Below, piece after piece: positions 60,544 to 64,000 of a stretch of DNA of 64,000 bases. A program made the position numbers and the translations under genes. Position 1 is the first letter of the stretch. Each line of letters opens with the position of its first letter. The stretch is from an uncultured Bacilli bacterium. GTDB lineage: Bacteria > Bacillota_I > Bacilli_A > RFN20 > CAG-449. The notes beneath the pieces are model-generated. The model was not told the origin of the DNA. It saw nothing but the letters and a program-made list of their open reading frames with translations, and made no database searches. Location: positions 4,923 through 68,922 of the forward strand of contig CANRPC010000006.1 in the NCBI GenBank assembly GCA_947632435.1, written 5' to 3'.

Positions 60544-61374
60544 ATGCAAAATGAAAAAATATCTATTTTGAAAAAAATAAAAAATAAAATAATCTCGTTT
60601 GAGGAAAATAAAACAATTAAAAATTTTAAATTACCATTTCTAATAAGTCTTTTTTTACTTGGATTTGTTGGTTTAAGTTTAATTGCTCTAATTGTACAAA
60701 TTTTATTAGAAGCACCTATAAATGGAACTTTTTTAAATAGTGAATTTTTAAATACATTAAATGAAGAAGAAATCAAAAATTCAATAATTAATTTTTTCAA
60801 TAGTGTATCTTTGTTTATGTATTATTTTATAACTTTTTTTATTTTTATAATTTTGATAATAGTAAATAAAGAAAGTCTAAGTTATATTAAATCTTGTATT
60901 CATAAAAATGCTTTTATTGAAGGCATTGCTATTGCAATCATGATGTTCTGTTGTTCTATTGCTTATAGTATGTTTATTCAAATGATAAATCCATCAACAA
61001 CAAGCAATAACAATCAACAAGGTATTGAAAATGCATTTTATGCCGCGCCATTATTATCTTTTTTTAGTATTGTTTTGTTTGCTCCAGTGTGTGAAGAATT
61101 AACCTATAGACTAGGTTTATTTAGTTTAATAGCAAAAAAATCAAAAATTTTAGCTTATATTGTAACAATTTTATTTTTTACACTAATTCATTTTGATTTT
61201 TCAGTAAAAACACCAAAAGAATGGACAATTGAATTGATCAATATGCCTGCATATATGATAGGAGCTATATTTTTATGTTTTGCATATGCAAGAAAAGGAA
61301 ATATTTTAACATCAATTACTGCACATGCTTGCTACAATGGCATAGAATTTTTATTGATGTTAATTAATTTATGA
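60544..61374 (+). CDS. CPBP (CAAX protease/Abi) family intramembrane metalloprotease.
   Basis: FAPVCEELTYRLGLF (EExxxR), FTLIHF and HACYNG motifs. The start was refined to ATG 60544, which has a GAGGAAAA RBS. The ORF track starts at 60457. Confidence 0.7.
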   Translation: MQNEKISILKKIKNKIISFEENKTIKNFKLPFLISLFLLGFVGLSLIALIVQILLEAPINGTFLNSEFLNTLNEEEIKNSIINFFNSVSLFMYYFITFFIFIILIIVNKESLSYIKSCIHKNAFIEGIAIAIMMFCCSIAYSMFIQMINPSTTSNNNQQGIENAFYAAPLLSFFSIVLFAPVCEELTYRLGLFSLIAKKSKILAYIVTILFFTLIHFDFSVKTPKEWTIELINMPAYMIGAIFLCFAYARKGNILTSITAHACYNGIEFLLMLINL

Positions 61375-62168
61375 CATATATACAAAAATTAGATTCATTT
61401 CATTTGAAAATCATAGCAATGCTTACAATGTTAATTGATCACATTGGTGCATTTTTGTTTCCTAATATAATCATTTTAAGAATTATCGGAAGAATATCAT
61501 TTATTTTATATGCATTTTTACTTGTAGAGGCAATGCGATATAGTAAACATAAAATCCGTTATATAATTATATTATTTTCATTTGAAATTGTTTTATCTTT
61601 AATTGAATATTTATTCACTTTTGAATACAATTCAACAATTTTTTCTTTACTTGCTTTATCTTCATTGACCATTTATTTATTAGATTCACCCAAAAAAACT
61701 ATAAAATTGTTAGCAATATTTCCAATTTTATATGTAATATTTGCCACATTTAATTTTACATTTTTTAAAGTAGAATATGGTATTTATGGATTAATAGTCA
61801 TTTTAGGCTTTTATTTTATTAGAAAAAGTTTAGAAATGTATCTATTTTCTAACGACATTAAATATGAAGATTGCGATGATAATCTTAAAAAAATGTTTCA
61901 TAATTCTTTTTTAATTGGAGCATCTTTAGTAGTTTTAACTACTTCTATGTTATCATTTCTTTTAAGTAATTATTTAAAAGATTTATTTCCTAATAATTAT
62001 TTTAATTATCAAGGACAAAGTCAGGCAATATTAGCAATTCCATTTATTCTTCTTTATAGTGGAAAACGCGGATTTGATAATAAATATTTCCGATTATTTA
62101 CATATAGTTTTTATCCCATACATATTTTAATATTGTACATTTTGGCATATTTTTTTACTTTTAGATAA
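61371..62168 (+). CDS. TraX-family membrane protein.
   Basis: N-terminus LKIIAMLTMLIDHIGAFLFPN is typical of TraX. Overlaps the CPBP gene by 4 bp. Confidence 0.6.
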   Translation: MTYIQKLDSFHLKIIAMLTMLIDHIGAFLFPNIIILRIIGRISFILYAFLLVEAMRYSKHKIRYIIILFSFEIVLSLIEYLFTFEYNSTIFSLLALSSLTIYLLDSPKKTIKLLAIFPILYVIFATFNFTFFKVEYGIYGLIVILGFYFIRKSLEMYLFSNDIKYEDCDDNLKKMFHNSFLIGASLVVLTTSMLSFLLSNYLKDLFPNNYFNYQGQSQAILAIPFILLYSGKRGFDNKYFRLFTYSFYPIHILILYILAYFFTFR

Positions 62169-62209
62169 GCAAAAGTTGTTATATACTATGATTAGAGGAG
62201 GAAATTTTA

Positions 62210-62524
62210 ATGAAACATATTGAATCAAAAGAACAGTTTGTAAAAGAAATTCAAACTGGAAATGTAATTGTAGATTTTTTTGCAAATTGGTGTGGTCCAT
62301 GTCGTATGCTTGCACCTGTTTTAGAAGAATTAGAAGAAAAATATGGATATAAAGTTATAAAAGTAAATGTTGATGAACAAATTGAAATAGCAAGTGAGTA
62401 TTTTGTATCGTCTATTCCTTTACTAGTTTTTTATAAAGATGGAAAAAAAGTCGGTGAAAATTTAGGATATTTAGCATATCCCCAATTAGAAAAAAAATTA
62501 AAAAATGTATTCGAAAATAGCTAG
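62210..62524 (+). CDS. trxA: Thioredoxin.
   Basis: WCGPC active site. 104 aa. RBS AGAGGAGGAAA. Confidence 0.85.
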   Translation: MKHIESKEQFVKEIQTGNVIVDFFANWCGPCRMLAPVLEELEEKYGYKVIKVNVDEQIEIASEYFVSSIPLLVFYKDGKKVGENLGYLAYPQLEKKLKNVFENS

Positions 62525-62545
62525 CAAAGACTAGCTTTTTTATTA
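62519..62545 (+). terminator. Rho-independent terminator: AGCTAG-CAAAGA-CTAGCT hairpin followed by a T6 run.
   Basis: Read from the sequence. Overlaps the trxA stop. Confidence 0.6.
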
Positions 62546-62662
62546 TTTATTTGAACATTTTACTACTTTATTAGTCAAATTTATTGATATCGTTTAAAAT
62601 TCTTTTATTACAAATAATAAAAGTGTATAATTACTAATGTTAAAATTATTGGAGGAAATCTT

Positions 62663-63127
62663 ATGAAAACAAATAAAGAAATGTTTGATGAATTAGATGA
62701 ATTTATCGACTCGCTTAATTGCAATCCATCAGAATTAATTGCAATTTTACATAGAGCGCAAAGTATATTTGGTTATCTACCATTTTCTTTACAAGCACAT
62801 ATTGCAAATAAATTGAAAATAAGCCCTGCAAAAGTTTATGGTGTTGTATCATTTTATTCGTTTTTTACAATGGTACCTAAAGGAAAAAATGTTATTAATG
62901 TTTGCTTAGGTACTGCTTGCTTTGTAAGAGGCTCAGATAAGATTCTAGAAAAACTTGAAGAATTACTTCATATTAAAAATGGTGAAACAACACCAGATGG
63001 CAAATTCACTTTGACTTCACTAAGATGTGTTGGAGCATGTGGTTTAGCTCCTGTTATGCAAATCAATGGCAAAACTTATGGTAATTTAACCGTTGATGAT
63101 GTTGAAGGAATCTTAGCAAAATATTAG
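62663..63127 (+). CDS. NuoE/HndA-like [2Fe-2S] thioredoxin-fold subunit of an NADH dehydrogenase or hydrogenase flavoprotein module.
   Basis: CLGTACFVRGS...LRCVGACGLAP Cys pattern of the 24-kDa subunit family. Confidence 0.75.
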   Translation: MKTNKEMFDELDEFIDSLNCNPSELIAILHRAQSIFGYLPFSLQAHIANKLKISPAKVYGVVSFYSFFTMVPKGKNVINVCLGTACFVRGSDKILEKLEELLHIKNGETTPDGKFTLTSLRCVGACGLAPVMQINGKTYGNLTVDDVEGILAKY

Positions 63128-63137
63128 GAGGAATTTT

Positions 63138-64000
63138 ATGTGTAAGAAAATTAATTCAAAAGAAGAATTACTAAATTTATATAATAATGTAAAAGATATT
63201 CTTGAATTTAGAAAAGTTGAGAGTGAAAGTACAGAAAAATATCATATTTCTGTTTGTGGAGGTACAGGATGTAGTTCTTCAAATTCATTAGAAATATTAG
63301 AAAAACTTAAATATTGGGCTAAAGAATGTGGTGTTGAAAATAAAGTTGAAATTTCCATCACTGGATGTTTTGGTTTTTGTGAACGTGGTCCAATTGTAAA
63401 AATATTTCCAGATCATACATTCTATACTAAAGTTAAACCAGAAGATGCAGAAAGAATAATTAAAGAACATATTTTAAATCACAAAGTTATTGAAGATTTG
63501 ATCTATAAAAAAGAAAATGGTGAAACAACAGCTAAGCAAGATAATATAAACTTTTATAAAAAGCAACATAGAATTGCATTAAGAAATTGTGGCTTAATCG
63601 ATCCAGAAGTAATAGTTGAAACAATTGCTGCTAAAGGATATCAAGCCTTAGCAAAATGTCTTTATGAAATGACCCCAGAACAAATTATTCAAGAAGTCAT
63701 GGATTCTGGATTACGTGGAAGAGGCGGCGCTGGTTTCCCAACAGGTCAAAAATGGAAATTTGCAAGAGCTTCTGTATCTGAAAAAAAATATATTATCTGT
63801 AATGCAGATGAAGGTGATCCAGGAGCATTCATGGATCGTTCAATTTTAGAAGGTGATCCACATTCAGTATTAGAAGCAATGGCTATTGCAGGTTATGCAA
63901 TTGGCGCGAATGAAGGTGAAATTTATATTCGTGCTGAATATCCTCTTGCTGTTCATAGATTACAAATTGCTATTCAACAAGCAACAGAATTAGGATTACT
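63138..64000 (+). CDS. NuoF/HndC-like NADH-binding flavoprotein subunit. 3'-partial, running off the window.
   Basis: N-terminal thioredoxin-like 2Fe-2S domain (CGGTGCSS...GCFGFCERGP), followed by GLRGRGGAGFPTGQKW and the FMN/NADH motifs. Not in the ORF track because it is truncated. Confidence 0.75.
   Translation, partial: MCKKINSKEELLNLYNNVKDILEFRKVESESTEKYHISVCGGTGCSSSNSLEILEKLKYWAKECGVENKVEISITGCFGFCERGPIVKIFPDHTFYTKVKPEDAERIIKEHILNHKVIEDLIYKKENGETTAKQDNINFYKKQHRIALRNCGLIDPEVIVETIAAKGYQALAKCLYEMTPEQIIQEVMDSGLRGRGGAGFPTGQKWKFARASVSEKKYIICNADEGDPGAFMDRSILEGDPHSVLEAMAIAGYAIGANEGEIYIRAEYPLAVHRLQIAIQQATELGL

Noticed and set aside
60402-60800. 132-aa minus-strand ORF overlapping the CPBP gene start.
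   Set aside because: Overlaps the intergenic region and the 5' end of the well-supported CPBP gene. Low-complexity I/F/K-rich product with no RBS.

Overview
The window is 64 kb of a very AT-rich genome read with the standard genetic code (long ORFs appear only under the standard code). The gene content looks Mollicutes-like or Erysipelotrichia-like.

Positions 1 to ~10.2 kb hold a composite integrated mobile element. A leftward operon encodes a Cro-like HTH regulator, a tyrosine integrase, a Bro-N antirepressor, an excisionase, a phage-type replication initiator, an ArpU/sigma-region-4-like regulator and a membrane-tethered XRE regulator. A CI-like gene is transcribed divergently. Two tandem, overlapping large serine recombinase genes follow, and the element ends beside a tRNA-Trp gene.

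The rest is core chromosome. It includes yqeY, an ABC-F ATPase, holA, comEC, comEA, greA, ruvX, alaS with a T-box leader, rpsU, dnaE, polA, a mutM-coaE fusion, the F1Fo ATP synthase operon atpIBEFHAGDC, guaD, tRNA-Glu and tRNA-Asn, acpP, glpK, malQ, pepP, mrp and yigZ. The window ends with thioredoxin and NuoE/NuoF-like flavoprotein genes.

Several unexplained, hypothetical modules are embedded in the core region. One is an operon of a sigma-region-4-like protein with four secreted or membrane proteins. Another pairs a CxxC lipoprotein with a membrane protein carrying an HDxxH motif. Others are a 770-aa polytopic protein, a 1754-aa membrane-anchored giant protein heading a long operon, and a CPBP-TraX pair. 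No CRISPR arrays or rRNA genes are present.
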